Positions 1 to 9,711 of a stretch of DNA of 64,000 nt are shown piece after piece. The stretch spans positions 1 through 64,000 of IMG/VR virus record IMGVR_UViG_3300031992_000052, one strand, 5' to 3'. Source of the stretch: a virus. Taxonomy: Duplodnaviria; Caudoviricetes. A program made the position numbers and the translations under genes. The notes under the pieces are model-generated. The model was not told where the DNA came from and did not search any database. It saw only the letters and a list, made by a program, of their open reading frames with translations. How positions within the stretch are numbered: the first letter of the stretch is position 1; every line of letters starts with the position of its first letter.

Positions 1-16
1 AAATCAATTCAAGACT

Positions 17-139
17 ATGGAGAAAATGACTATCAACTTCGCAGGCCGCAAGGTGGTGCTGCGAGTGTACGACTATGAGCGCGAGGCTATGCGCAAGGCA
101 GCCCAGCGTCTGGGCGTAACGCTGGCACAGGCAGCGTAA
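17..139 (+). CDS. small hypothetical protein (40 aa, ends LAQAA)
   Basis: ATG in AAGACTATG context, open frame to TAA; below ORF-track cutoff, translated by hand. Confidence 0.55.
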   Translation: MEKMTINFAGRKVVLRVYDYEREAMRKAAQRLGVTLAQAA

Positions 140-198
140 GACTATTCGGATCGGTCTATCGACCGAGAAATTAACAGAAAATTTATCTCAAAATTATT

Positions 199-263
199 CA
201 AGGCTGCGATTAAGCGAGAGCAGAGTCAAACGTGTTTGAACTATGCCGAGCGAAAGCAGGCTC
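199..263 (+). repeat. 65-bp palindromic dispersed element, copy 1 (intergenic)
   Basis: CAAGGCTGCGATTAAGCGAGAGCAGAGT-hairpin-TGCCGAGCGA.AGCAGGCTC; second copy at 3496-3560. Confidence 0.85.
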
Positions 264-292
264 GATGTGAAACATCAAAAGCTACACAAGTT

Positions 293-499
293 ATGAAGAA
301 GTTTAAGACTATGGCCAGCGCCGCCAAGAAGAGCGCACGTATCGTGACTATGACCGCAGCCGTGGCTGCCAGTATGAACACCACTATGACCGCCGAGCAG
401 AAGGCCGCCATGGAGTGCGCCTTCGCGGACATGGCCGAGGAGTACGGCCCCAAGGCTATCATCGTGGACCTGCACCCGTTCCACGGTTTTATCGCGTGA
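293..499 (+). CDS. hypothetical protein
   Basis: ORF; start moved to ATG in ACAAGTTATG context. Confidence 0.6.
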   Translation: MKKFKTMASAAKKSARIVTMTAAVAASMNTTMTAEQKAAMECAFADMAEEYGPKAIIVDLHPFHGFIA

Positions 500-556
500 G
501 GATTTCTTTAACACGAATTACCACGAATTATCCACAAATTTTTGGAGGACTGAGGT

Positions 557-892
557 ATGAAAATCAAAAAGTTATTGATGCAATACAAGTCTATTGCAAG
601 AGAGATGAAGAGCGAGGCACGGAATTATAATAATCTGGCTATCGCTGTCAGGTCACGTTACTGCTCAGACAAGACGTTTGAAAACTATCGCGCCTCTTGG
701 AAGCGTCTGCTGGCTCTTAACGACGAGGCGTATAGGGTCATGTGTGAATACAGGCGACTGGCAGGCAGCGTGCTATACCGTGCGTTGTTCCTGCTCGGTG
801 TCATGCCCAGGCAGAACTCTTTCCGCTTCATTGATGGGAGCGAAACGCAATTCAGTTATAATCAGATGATCAATTTACTCAATTTGAAATAA
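557..892 (+). CDS. hypothetical protein
   Basis: 111-aa ORF in co-oriented gene run. Confidence 0.6.
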   Translation: MKIKKLLMQYKSIAREMKSEARNYNNLAIAVRSRYCSDKTFENYRASWKRLLALNDEAYRVMCEYRRLAGSVLYRALFLLGVMPRQNSFRFIDGSETQFSYNQMINLLNLK

Positions 893-898
893 ACGACT

Positions 899-1165
899 AT
901 GGCAAAGTTTGATATGGGCGGATTCATCCGCGAGTGTTATCTGCGCTCGGAGCCGAGCGTGGATTTGAACAACGTGACCAGTGACAACCCCGTGAACTGC
1001 TCGAAGCACCGGCTGAGCACGGATGAGTATAAGCGCATCCTCGTGGAGTACGGCGTGGCCGACGAGCACGAGAACCCTATCGACGGCAACCGAGACCGAC
1101 TTATCGGCTGCAATATGTGGATGCTCCAGAGCGGCCCGCAACTGTATGACCCTAAGGAAGCGTGA
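899..1165 (+). CDS. hypothetical protein
   Basis: ACGACTATG start, 88 aa. Confidence 0.7.
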   Translation: MAKFDMGGFIRECYLRSEPSVDLNNVTSDNPVNCSKHRLSTDEYKRILVEYGVADEHENPIDGNRDRLIGCNMWMLQSGPQLYDPKEA

Positions 1166-1296
1166 GACTATCTGTTGCCGCCTGTCGGCGGGAAATTATT
1201 ATTAAAATTCGTATTAAAATTCTGCTCCGCTTGGAATAATTCTAAAAATAATTCTAAAAATAATTTTGAGCGGAGCGACCCAAAACAAAATCAATT

Positions 1297-1419
1297 ATGG
1301 CAAAGACTATCAACATCAACAAGACACGCAAGGCCATCGCCTATGCGTACCGCGTGAGTGTCAACAATATCCCCGAGGAAATCGAGGACCAGTTTATAAC
1401 CTACAGAAAGGCAGCGTGA
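1297..1419 (+). CDS. small hypothetical protein (40 aa, ends YRKAA)
   Basis: A-rich start context, hand-translated; abuts next gene. Confidence 0.6.
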   Translation: MAKTININKTRKAIAYAYRVSVNNIPEEIEDQFITYRKAA

Positions 1420-1423
1420 GACT

Positions 1424-2035
1424 ATGGCAACAAAGAAATGCAAGCGCAAGGAGTGGAAGCACGTCATCTATTCGGACGACAGCAGCCAGTATGACGAGTT
1501 TGAGAAGGCGTGGCGCGAAGATACGGGGCCGGCTAACTATCCTGACGGCGACGTGTCCGAATATACGTGGGAGATGTTCGGCGACGACCTGAACGACTGG
1601 CTGGCCGACGAACGTGACAACCTGAACTGGCAGATAGAGGGCGAGATTGTGGCTATCGCGAGCCTGGGGCTGTGGCATGGCCGACGGCTGGGCTACAAGA
1701 TGGTGGGCGATAAGCTGAGCGACATCTTCAACTGTTCGCAGGACGAGAACGAGTACTATTGCGACCAGGACGATGTGCAGGCCACCTGCAGCCACCACGA
1801 CGGCACGAACTACATCACCTATCGCGTCATCAAGCCCGGCGACGGGGAAAAGGTGGAGGAACTGCTCGACAAGATGGCGTTCGAGAGCGAGGACTACGAG
1901 GCCGACGTCTATCGGGCTACGCATTCGCTGGTACCCTATGTGGCCGAGGTGTTCGGCTGGAAGTACGACCGCCGCATGAAGCGCGGCGACATGTGGGACC
2001 CACGGACGTATAAGAGTTATCGTAAAGCAGCGTAA
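1424..2035 (+). CDS. hypothetical acidic protein (ends YRKAA)
   Basis: 203-aa ORF, GAGACTATG start. Confidence 0.8.
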   Translation: MATKKCKRKEWKHVIYSDDSSQYDEFEKAWREDTGPANYPDGDVSEYTWEMFGDDLNDWLADERDNLNWQIEGEIVAIASLGLWHGRRLGYKMVGDKLSDIFNCSQDENEYYCDQDDVQATCSHHDGTNYITYRVIKPGDGEKVEELLDKMAFESEDYEADVYRATHSLVPYVAEVFGWKYDRRMKRGDMWDPRTYKSYRKAA

Positions 2036-2040
2036 GGACT

Positions 2041-2625
2041 ATGGCAAAGATTATTCCTATCCGTCGTGGCGACTTCGTGTGCTACGAGGAGACGATTGAG
2101 AACTGGTGGGGTAACCCTATCGGTGTGAAGAAGATGGCGGGCACGGTGGCGAGCCAGCCCCGTGACCCCTATACGGGACGGTGGTGCAAGGCCGACGAGT
2201 GGTGCGCCGTGGTAAGGCTGCAGCCAAAGACTGGCGAGGCGCAGGAGGTGGAGATGCGCCACCTGACGCGCATCAAGCGGCTGGAGGACTTCACCCGCGA
2301 AGACCTGGCACGGCTGCGCAGTGAGGTGGTGCTCAACTCGGACTACTACCACGACTATCGCAACACGTTCGGCATCAGCAGCAGGAGCGTGAGCCTGTTC
2401 TTCGACTCCTATCTGGACGACATCGCCGACATGGCCAGCGAGGACGGCTATCTGTGGGACTATGCGGAGCGGGGCAGCACGTACTACAAGGAGGGCTACC
2501 ACACGTGGAGCGAGTTTCTGGAGCAGTATGACACGCTGGATAATCTGGAATCGTGGTGGGACTGCTATGAGACGTTCGACTGGGTGGTCTATGAGGGCGA
2601 GGAGGAGTTGCGCGAGGCGGCGTGA
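2041..2625 (+). CDS. hypothetical protein (ends LREAA)
   Basis: 194-aa ORF, GGACTATG start. Confidence 0.8.
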   Translation: MAKIIPIRRGDFVCYEETIENWWGNPIGVKKMAGTVASQPRDPYTGRWCKADEWCAVVRLQPKTGEAQEVEMRHLTRIKRLEDFTREDLARLRSEVVLNSDYYHDYRNTFGISSRSVSLFFDSYLDDIADMASEDGYLWDYAERGSTYYKEGYHTWSEFLEQYDTLDNLESWWDCYETFDWVVYEGEEELREAA

Positions 2626-2688
2626 CTATCTGGAGCAGCCTGACGGCTGGAAATTGGTTAAAAATTCAATTAAAAATTATTCGAGACT

Positions 2689-3180
2689 ATGAGCAGTTTT
2701 ATTGTATCGAAACGGGAGTTTATCAAGGCGGCTGGCCTGATGTGTGGCTACGAGGGAGCAAAGCGTGACAGCCACAAGTGGTTTGTTGACAACGTGCGCC
2801 AGGAGTTTGAGCACGCCTATGCGCTGAATGTGCTGAGCGTGAACGAGCAGTATGGCGACAACGAGATGCCGGAGGAGGAGCCGCTGGACGATGTGTTTGA
2901 GGACTATCGCAAGATGGGTGCGCTCATCTATACCGAGGGCTATAAGATGGGCATCATCTGCACGAAGGTGGCTGACGTGATGGACAAGCCGACGTTCCGC
3001 AAGTCGATGTGGAACTTCTTCCGGAGCGTGCTCTATCAGATTGAGAACGAGGCCGCCCACCGTGCGGTGGCGGAGCTGTTCTTCACCTGTCTAAGCAAGC
3101 TCTACGAGGACGAGATGCGCAGCGTGGAAGGCTGGTGGGGCGAAGTGGAACTGGATGTCAAACCGACTAAAGTAGCATAA
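2689..3180 (+). CDS. hypothetical protein
   Basis: 163-aa ORF, GAGACTATG start. Confidence 0.8.
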   Translation: MSSFIVSKREFIKAAGLMCGYEGAKRDSHKWFVDNVRQEFEHAYALNVLSVNEQYGDNEMPEEEPLDDVFEDYRKMGALIYTEGYKMGIICTKVADVMDKPTFRKSMWNFFRSVLYQIENEAAHRAVAELFFTCLSKLYEDEMRSVEGWWGEVELDVKPTKVA

Positions 3181-3187
3181 GGAGGAC

Positions 3188-4474
3188 ATGACTATGGCAA
3201 ACGAGGCTATGCAAAAGCAATACCGCGACCTGAAGAGCAAGCATCCCGACGCGATGCTGCTCTTCCGCTGCGGCGACTTCTATGAGACGTATGAGGACGA
3301 CGCGAGGGAGTGCGCCAAGGTACTGGGCATCACGCTCACTAAGCGTCACAGCGACGGGGTGGCTATGGCGGGATTTCCCCACCATGCACTCGACACCTAT
3401 CTGCCCAAGCTGATACGCACAGGGCATCGTATCGCTATCTGCGACCAGCTGGACCCGCCGCCAGGACCGAAGCGCAAGCGCGGCGAGACTATCGACAAGG
3501 CTGCGATTAAGCGAGAGCAGAGTGATGCTTGCATCGACTCTGCCGAGCGAGAGCAGGCTCAAACGAAGTTTAACAATTCTAACAACAATCAAAATTCGGA
3601 GGACAAAGTTATGACAAACGAGACAATGAAGGTGGCCGACCTTATCGGAAAGAGTATCAGCAACGGCGGTAACGCCAAGTACACAATCAACAGCATCGAG
3701 GGCGACAAGGTGAGCGTGACGTTCCAGATGGGCGACAGCGAGGGCAAGCCTATGACTATGGGTGTGGCCCAGGTGGAGAAGCTGCTGCAAGGCGGCTGGA
3801 AGGTGAGCGACGGCACGCAGGAGCCTACCAAGCAGGAGGCACCCAAGGCGGAGGAGCCGAAGGCTAAAACGGTGACTATGGAGAAACCAAAGCAGGAGGA
3901 GCCCGCCAAGCCTAAGGTGACGCTGCGCAAGAAGCAGCCGCAGACGGAGGCTAAGGCGGGGGAGCCTAAGCCGCAGGCAGAGCAGCCGAAGGGCAGGCTG
4001 ACCTACTCGACCTATACGAACGCGAAGGGGAAGGCGTGTGCCAAGATTAGCGGATTCGCCGAGACGGATGCTGCCTATCAGAAGGAGGCCGCTTCCAGCC
4101 TGCACGGCTCGGCTACCTACGAGAACACGAAGCAGGGGCGCGTGAACTTCCTGCTGTTCGGCCCCCGCTATGCGGAGGTGGCAAAGACCGTATGCCAGAT
4201 GCTCAACGAGGGCAAGACCGTGGCCGACTGTCAGGCCGTGGTGGATGCCGCCACCGAGGAACGCCAGCAGAAGCGCGAGGAGTGGAAGCAGAAGCGTGCG
4301 GCCTATCGCCAGGAGCGCGAGGGCAGGAGCCATCAGCCATCAGCCACCAACCATCAGACATCTTCAGGCAAAGTCTATACCGAGGCAGAGGTGGCCGACC
4401 TGATGGAGCGCGTGATGCGGGGTGACGCTGACGCACTGGCCGAGGTGAACGCTATCAAGGCTAAGGCGGCGTGA
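3188..4474 (+). CDS. MutS domain I protein fused to an unknown C-terminal region (possible internal start at 3611)
   Basis: [29 protein letters not shown]...[28 protein letters not shown] is the MutS-I signature; no ATPase domain follows. Confidence 0.85.
   Translation: MTMANEAMQKQYRDLKSKHPDAMLLFRCGDFYETYEDDARECAKVLGITLTKRHSDGVAMAGFPHHALDTYLPKLIRTGHRIAICDQLDPPPGPKRKRGETIDKAAIKREQSDACIDSAEREQAQTKFNNSNNNQNSEDKVMTNETMKVADLIGKSISNGGNAKYTINSIEGDKVSVTFQMGDSEGKPMTMGVAQVEKLLQGGWKVSDGTQEPTKQEAPKAEEPKAKTVTMEKPKQEEPAKPKVTLRKKQPQTEAKAGEPKPQAEQPKGRLTYSTYTNAKGKACAKISGFAETDAAYQKEAASSLHGSATYENTKQGRVNFLLFGPRYAEVAKTVCQMLNEGKTVADCQAVVDAATEERQQKREEWKQKRAAYRQEREGRSHQPSATNHQTSSGKVYTEAEVADLMERVMRGDADALAEVNAIKAKAA
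3496..3560 (+). repeat. 65-bp palindromic dispersed element, copy 2 (in frame in the MutS-I ORF)
   Basis: Matches 199-263 with a different but still pairing central hairpin; encodes [21 protein letters not shown]. Confidence 0.85.
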
Positions 4475-4521
4475 GATTTAAATGAAGAATTAAGAATGAA
4501 GAATGAAGAATAAAAGTAGTT

Positions 4522-5595
4522 ATGGCAACAAGAAAGAACAACGGAGGCCAGCAGAAGAAGCGGGGCTTCCAGATGAACGACAAGCAGAAGGCGAAGTATG
4601 CAGAGTTATTCACCAATGCGCTCGACGCTATGGAGGATGCGGAGTGGCGCAAACCGTGGGTGGCACCCAGACACATGTCGCCCGCGAACTATGCGAGGAA
4701 GAACCGACCCTATCGGGGCATTAACGACTTCCTGCTGACGCTGCTGTGTGCAGTGAAGGGGTGGGAGGCTCCGCTGTTCCTCACCTTCGACCAGCTGACG
4801 GACATGGGGCTATCGCTCAATATGGTGCAGTCCGCGGACGGCAACGTGGTGCTGAAAGACAATGGCATGCCGATGTTCGAGGGTAGCTTCCCCGTGGTGA
4901 AGATGCTGCCTCACTTCTATAAGGACGGCAAGCGGCTCACACCAAAGGAGTACGACGAGCTGACGGACGAGGAGAAGGACGAGTGCCGCAAGTTCTTCTC
5001 GATGCGGGCCTGGCCGGAGTTCAACCTGAGCCAGACGGACTTCAGGTCGAAGTTCCCCCAGAAGTGGGAGGAATTGACACGCCTTCCTGAACACGACTAT
5101 CAGGCTGGCACCCGCGACGAGGTGCTGGAGCGGATGATCATGCAGGGCGAGTGGCGCTGCAAGATTCTCTTCGGAGGCCATTCGTCGCACTACAGCCCCT
5201 CGGAGGACATCATCCGTCTGCCAGAGCGCAGCCACTTCCTCGGCGACGAGCTGTTTTATTCGACTGCTATTCACGAGATGGCGCACTCTACGGCGGGCGA
5301 ACTGAAGCGCGACATGGGCGGCGGGGGCTTCGGCTCGGAGGGCTATGCCCGTGAGGAGTTCGTGGCGGAGCTGACGGCGGCGTGCGTATGCAGTATGCTG
5401 GGCATCGGCAGGCTGCTCGACCAGCAGCATATCGCCTACGTGAACAACTGGCGCCAGGCTATCCGCGACGACAAGGATTTCATCCCGCAGGTCATCGACC
5501 ATGTGCAGCGGGCCACGAACTACTTCCTGCGTCGCTACGACGAGGTGAACAAGCAGATGCACCCGCTCTGCCTGCCTATGCCGATGGCGGCGTGA
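4522..5595 (+). CDS. ardC: ArdC-like antirestriction protein (ssDNA-binding N-domain + zincin-like domain)
   Basis: WRKPW...PYRGIN...FLTFDQ N-domain; YSPSEDIIRLP, HEMAHST and YAREEFVAEL motifs. Confidence 0.88.
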   Translation: MATRKNNGGQQKKRGFQMNDKQKAKYAELFTNALDAMEDAEWRKPWVAPRHMSPANYARKNRPYRGINDFLLTLLCAVKGWEAPLFLTFDQLTDMGLSLNMVQSADGNVVLKDNGMPMFEGSFPVVKMLPHFYKDGKRLTPKEYDELTDEEKDECRKFFSMRAWPEFNLSQTDFRSKFPQKWEELTRLPEHDYQAGTRDEVLERMIMQGEWRCKILFGGHSSHYSPSEDIIRLPERSHFLGDELFYSTAIHEMAHSTAGELKRDMGGGGFGSEGYAREEFVAELTAACVCSMLGIGRLLDQQHIAYVNNWRQAIRDDKDFIPQVIDHVQRATNYFLRRYDEVNKQMHPLCLPMPMAA

Positions 5596-5708
5596 GGCCA
5601 ATTTACGATTTGACGATTTACTATTTACGATTTATTTGCGGAGCGGCTACTGCCCTTGTTGGTGGGGTCGCTTCGCGAGAAATTATTTCTTAAATTATTC
5701 AAACGACT

Positions 5709-6098
5709 ATGGCAAAGAATATTTATCACGAACATACCAGCAGCAACTCCTATTGGGACAGCAGCTGGACGGATAAGGACTGGATGCTCTGCGAGACGGA
5801 GGAAGAGTATCAGGAAATGGTGAAGAAATACAAGGAGAAGGCGAACAACTATCAGAACTCTCCAAGCGGCGAACGCTACGGCAAGTGGCGCATCGTCTGC
5901 TCGGAGGAAAAGGAGCTGCATGCCAGTGAATACTATTACGGTCACGCATGGCAGGGCAAGACCTTCGACTGCATCGGCGTGTGCTACGAGGAGCACCTGG
6001 AGCGCAGCAACCACTACACGTATATCATCAAGCCAGGCACCGTGGGTAAGGTGACACCATGCAAAGACCCTGGCATCGGATGGATGTACGGAAGTTAA
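5709..6098 (+). CDS. hypothetical protein
   Basis: 129-aa ORF, ACGACTATG start. Confidence 0.75.
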   Translation: MAKNIYHEHTSSNSYWDSSWTDKDWMLCETEEEYQEMVKKYKEKANNYQNSPSGERYGKWRIVCSEEKELHASEYYYGHAWQGKTFDCIGVCYEEHLERSNHYTYIIKPGTVGKVTPCKDPGIGWMYGS

Positions 6099-6117
6099 AC
6101 TAAAAACACAACAAGTT

Positions 6118-6906
6118 ATGGAGACAACAAAGATTTACCTGAACTATCTCGACAAGGGCGAGAAGGAGAGAATGACCGATGCGCTATCGTTTCTGCGCTC
6201 AGATAACAAGGAGAGCAGGGCGATGTTCGAGAGGATAGCTGGTGAGATATACGGACATGACCGCAAGTTTGAGTACCCTACCGACAACGGGAACAGACCC
6301 AGCGAGAGTACTTGCGGAACATGCGGCAAATATTACCACACTATCATCCAGTTTGAGCAGAAGGACCTGACGGAAGAAGCCCTGAAGGCGCTTGGCAGTT
6401 GCGACGAATGGGACTGGCGCTACTTCTACGCTATTGCCATTGGTAAGGAGGACAGAAAACTGTACCTGGTGTCGTTTTCTAACGCCTGCTCTCCTAACTG
6501 GAATCATGAGTATAATATCCAGCGCCGCATGGAGTTGAAGGACGTTAACTTCCCCCTGCTGCGTGAGGGCTGTTGCATCTACCGCATGGACGATGCGCTG
6601 CACGCTGCCATAAACCAGGAGTTGTGGAGCAAGGAATCTACCTTCTCCACAAGCACGGATGGTGTCCGCATGGTGGTGAAAGACCAGCACGGCAACTATA
6701 CCGCCATCGTGGGCGAGACGCTGGAGCAGATATTCCGCGACTATGCCGACCACTACACGGGCTATCGCAACTACCGCCGCCAGATGGCTTCAGAGTGGGA
6801 AATTGTCAGCGATAAGGCGAAGGCAAGCTATGAGGAATGGAAGAAAACCGCCAAAGGATTGAAGTCTGACTTCGACAAGTTCTATGGTGGCGGGATTGTG
6901 GACTAA
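6118..6906 (+). CDS. hypothetical protein
   Basis: 262-aa ORF, ACAAGTTATG start. Confidence 0.8.
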   Translation: METTKIYLNYLDKGEKERMTDALSFLRSDNKESRAMFERIAGEIYGHDRKFEYPTDNGNRPSESTCGTCGKYYHTIIQFEQKDLTEEALKALGSCDEWDWRYFYAIAIGKEDRKLYLVSFSNACSPNWNHEYNIQRRMELKDVNFPLLREGCCIYRMDDALHAAINQELWSKESTFSTSTDGVRMVVKDQHGNYTAIVGETLEQIFRDYADHYTGYRNYRRQMASEWEIVSDKAKASYEEWKKTAKGLKSDFDKFYGGGIVD

Positions 6907-7308
6907 ATGGTTACGAATATGGGACAATGTTATTCTGTGGAAATCAAAGCGAGATTCACTGACGAGGAGGGCGCGAAGAAAGCGCTGCAGGCCAAACTTG
7001 GCAGGCATGAAGAGGAACGTGTCAACTACAACCTTGACCACTTCAAGGAACTTGGCATAGGCACTGACAACCTGCATGACCTGATGGGCATATTCTTCGG
7101 CGGCTGGAAGGGGAGGCTCGAAACCTGTCCGGGCGACAAGGAGTGGGAGTATGCCGACTTCGATGCCTCCTATGGCTGGGAAAGTCTTATGATGGATGCC
7201 TTCGAGACAATCGCACCTTACCTGGCTGACGACTCTGTAATTAAAATCTGGCCCGATTCCGGTTGTGACTACGGAACAGTCAGGAACGGGAAATGCAAAT
7301 GGGCATAA
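6907..7308 (+). CDS. hypothetical protein
   Basis: 133-aa ORF abutting previous stop. Confidence 0.7.
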   Translation: MVTNMGQCYSVEIKARFTDEEGAKKALQAKLGRHEEERVNYNLDHFKELGIGTDNLHDLMGIFFGGWKGRLETCPGDKEWEYADFDASYGWESLMMDAFETIAPYLADDSVIKIWPDSGCDYGTVRNGKCKWA

Positions 7309-7326
7309 CTAAAACGAGTGACGACT

Positions 7327-7932
7327 ATGGCAAAGAAACTATGGAAGGCCGCCCTGGAAAAGGCCAACGAGAATCTGAAGAAGTATGGCGCACGGTTGGA
7401 TGTGCGCCGTCAACTGGGAGGTAACGGCTATTCGCTTAACGTCAGTTGGAGCGACGGCGAGACTGAGAACTATGCCAGCGGTTTCTATGAGGAGGAACTG
7501 GATCAGTTGGTGAGCGAGGCGTGGCCGGACGTGAGAATCAAGAGCCGCCAGCGCGGCGACAGGATTATCCGCTGCATCGTGCATGTCGATACCACGGAGC
7601 GCGACGGTATTCATAACGGCAAGTTCACCCACGAGCATGAGTATTGCGGCAGCGAGCAGGCCGCCGTGCGCTGGATGAACCAGGTGCTGGCCTATACGCT
7701 GGACGACGGGGCCACGATGGCAAGCACGGAAGACCTTATCAGCGTGAACGCTGCGCTGGCCGAGCAGTACGACGACCCCTGCAACCTGAACGCCTACGCC
7801 TCAATAGAGGACATCACGGAGGAGGTGATTGTGAAGTGCAGCGAGGCGTTCTGCGAGCACCACTGGAGTCACAAGGCACTCGTGGCTGTGGCCGACGAGC
7901 TGGGCATCGACCTATATGATATTGAGAAGTAA
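7327..7932 (+). CDS. hypothetical protein
   Basis: ORF; start moved to ACGACTATG. Confidence 0.75.
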   Translation: MAKKLWKAALEKANENLKKYGARLDVRRQLGGNGYSLNVSWSDGETENYASGFYEEELDQLVSEAWPDVRIKSRQRGDRIIRCIVHVDTTERDGIHNGKFTHEHEYCGSEQAAVRWMNQVLAYTLDDGATMASTEDLISVNAALAEQYDDPCNLNAYASIEDITEEVIVKCSEAFCEHHWSHKALVAVADELGIDLYDIEK

Positions 7933-7953
7933 CGAACAAAGCAACGAGAGACT

Positions 7954-8256
7954 ATGACATCAGAACAAGTATCAGCAACCGTATTCAACGACGAGTTGGC
8001 GGAGGGCATCTGCCGGCTGTGGAGCCGCTGGCAGGACGAACAGGGCTACGAGGACTTCAAGGACTACGAGCAGGCTATGCTGGGGTATGTGCGTAAGGCG
8101 CTGCCCAAAGAGGACATCACCCTGGTGCGCGGCACTCAGGAACCGTGGGGCATCATCTTCCGCATGGGAGGCACGAACCACCACCTGAAGCTGAACATCG
8201 ACATGGAGGAGGAAACCTACTGGATTTCCGTGGAGAGCGGCAGTAATATCAAGTAA
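7954..8256 (+). CDS. hypothetical protein
   Basis: 100-aa ORF, GAGACTATG start. Confidence 0.7.
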   Translation: MTSEQVSATVFNDELAEGICRLWSRWQDEQGYEDFKDYEQAMLGYVRKALPKEDITLVRGTQEPWGIIFRMGGTNHHLKLNIDMEEETYWISVESGSNIK

Positions 8257-8278
8257 CGATTAAAAACAGATTACGACT

Positions 8279-8524
8279 ATGGGAAAGTACAAGGTGACTA
8301 TCATCTTCGGAGAGTATGCGGCCAAGGCTTATTGCAATGGCGGCATAGAAGAAATGGCGGAACACATGGCCGAGGGCCAGCTGACGGTGCGCGAGTTTGA
8401 CACCGAGGCCGAGCGGCGGGCCTATATCATGGGCATCGACGACAGCGACGGGTGGCTGGGTGCCGCCGTGCTGAGCAAGGAGGATGCAGAGAGTGAGGCA
8501 GTGAAACAACTTTTAGACGAGTAA
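8279..8524 (+). CDS. hypothetical protein
   Basis: 81-aa ORF, ACGACTATG start. Confidence 0.7.
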   Translation: MGKYKVTIIFGEYAAKAYCNGGIEEMAEHMAEGQLTVREFDTEAERRAYIMGIDDSDGWLGAAVLSKEDAESEAVKQLLDE

Positions 8525-8529
8525 CGACT

Positions 8530-8721
8530 ATGGCAAGGAAGAAATGGAATGTGCTGGTGAACATCACCGTGGCAGTGAAGATTGACGATGTGGAAGCCGA
8601 GACGGAAGAGCAGGCCGAGACTATCGCAAAGAACTGGGTGGGCGACGACTATATGCACTACGTCCGACAGGCCGACATGCTGGCCGACTACGAGGTGGTG
8701 GAAACATGGGAGAGTAAGTAA
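8530..8721 (+). CDS. hypothetical protein
   Basis: 63-aa ORF, ACGACTATG start. Confidence 0.65.
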   Translation: MARKKWNVLVNITVAVKIDDVEAETEEQAETIAKNWVGDDYMHYVRQADMLADYEVVETWESK

Positions 8722-8744
8722 CGAACTAAAACAGATTAACGACT

Positions 8745-9239
8745 ATGAGTCACAGCAAGATTTATCAGATTTCGAGCAAGCCTATTGCCGAAGACGAGTA
8801 TGCAAGCCCCAGCGATTTCTATGAGAACAGCGGGGATTTCGCCGACTATATCGGCGACGAGATAAAGGGCGATGAACGCCGCGAGTGTATAGAGAGCTTG
8901 GCCGACACGGTGAAGGATCTGTTTGTGCTCGACGAGACGGGCGAGGCGCTGGTGTTCAAGGGTACCGATGCACTCAGGACGTTCTGCGAGCGGTGGGCAT
9001 CGGCTATCCGCGAGGCGGCTGGCAAGGTGACTGCCGACACGGTGCTGCAGCACACGCCGCGCTACACGGTGAAGGCCATGTGCGACGAGACCTGCCTCGA
9101 CACAGCCAAGCGGTTCGCTATCAAGGGCTGGTGCGAGTATGCCTCGCCTGCCGACGAGTTGATAGAGTATGTCGCCGGCATGAAGATGCGGAAAGGGCGC
9201 AAGCTCTACATCGGTGCAGTGATAGACTATCACTATTAA
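8745..9239 (+). CDS. hypothetical protein
   Basis: 164-aa ORF, ACGACTATG start. Confidence 0.75.
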   Translation: MSHSKIYQISSKPIAEDEYASPSDFYENSGDFADYIGDEIKGDERRECIESLADTVKDLFVLDETGEALVFKGTDALRTFCERWASAIREAAGKVTADTVLQHTPRYTVKAMCDETCLDTAKRFAIKGWCEYASPADELIEYVAGMKMRKGRKLYIGAVIDYHY

Positions 9240-9474
9240 CCCTACAGCCCCGCACGGATTAACCTACCCTTCGATGGGATGCGGGGCACTAACTGTTTCG
9301 GCGGATGCAATCCGCCTGCAATGAACGAAGACATTACGTTTTCATAACTTGTAAATGCCCAAGCCGGGTGCTCCGGCTGGGCGAATTGATTTTGAATGTT
9401 GATACGGCTGCTGCGTCGGGATGACGCGGTGGTCGTTTTTTACTTGAAACTTTAAACTAAAAGATATAACGACT

Positions 9475-9708
9475 ATGACATCACGGACTATCATGCGGCA
9501 TCTGCGGCACGGACAGATGGTGGTGCTGCCGGACGAGCCGTGGCTGTGCTTTGCCCGCGACCTCTTCGGAGGGCTGGTGGTGCTGGCATGGCGGCGACAA
9601 AAAGAACCTATGCCAACGCGGTTGGCTACTCTCTCGGACAAACGAAGGGCGGTGCTCTTCGACGTGTCGATGTTAAAACGTAAACGTAGAACGACTAACA
9701 AGCAGTGA
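9475..9708 (+). CDS. hypothetical protein
   Basis: 77-aa ORF, ACGACTATG start. Confidence 0.55.
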   Translation: MTSRTIMRHLRHGQMVVLPDEPWLCFARDLFGGLVVLAWRRQKEPMPTRLATLSDKRRAVLFDVSMLKRKRRTTNKQ

Positions 9709-9711
9709 ACT

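Noticed and set aside
3188-4474. Calling this gene mutS
   Set aside because: Only domain I is present, with no clamp or ATPase domains
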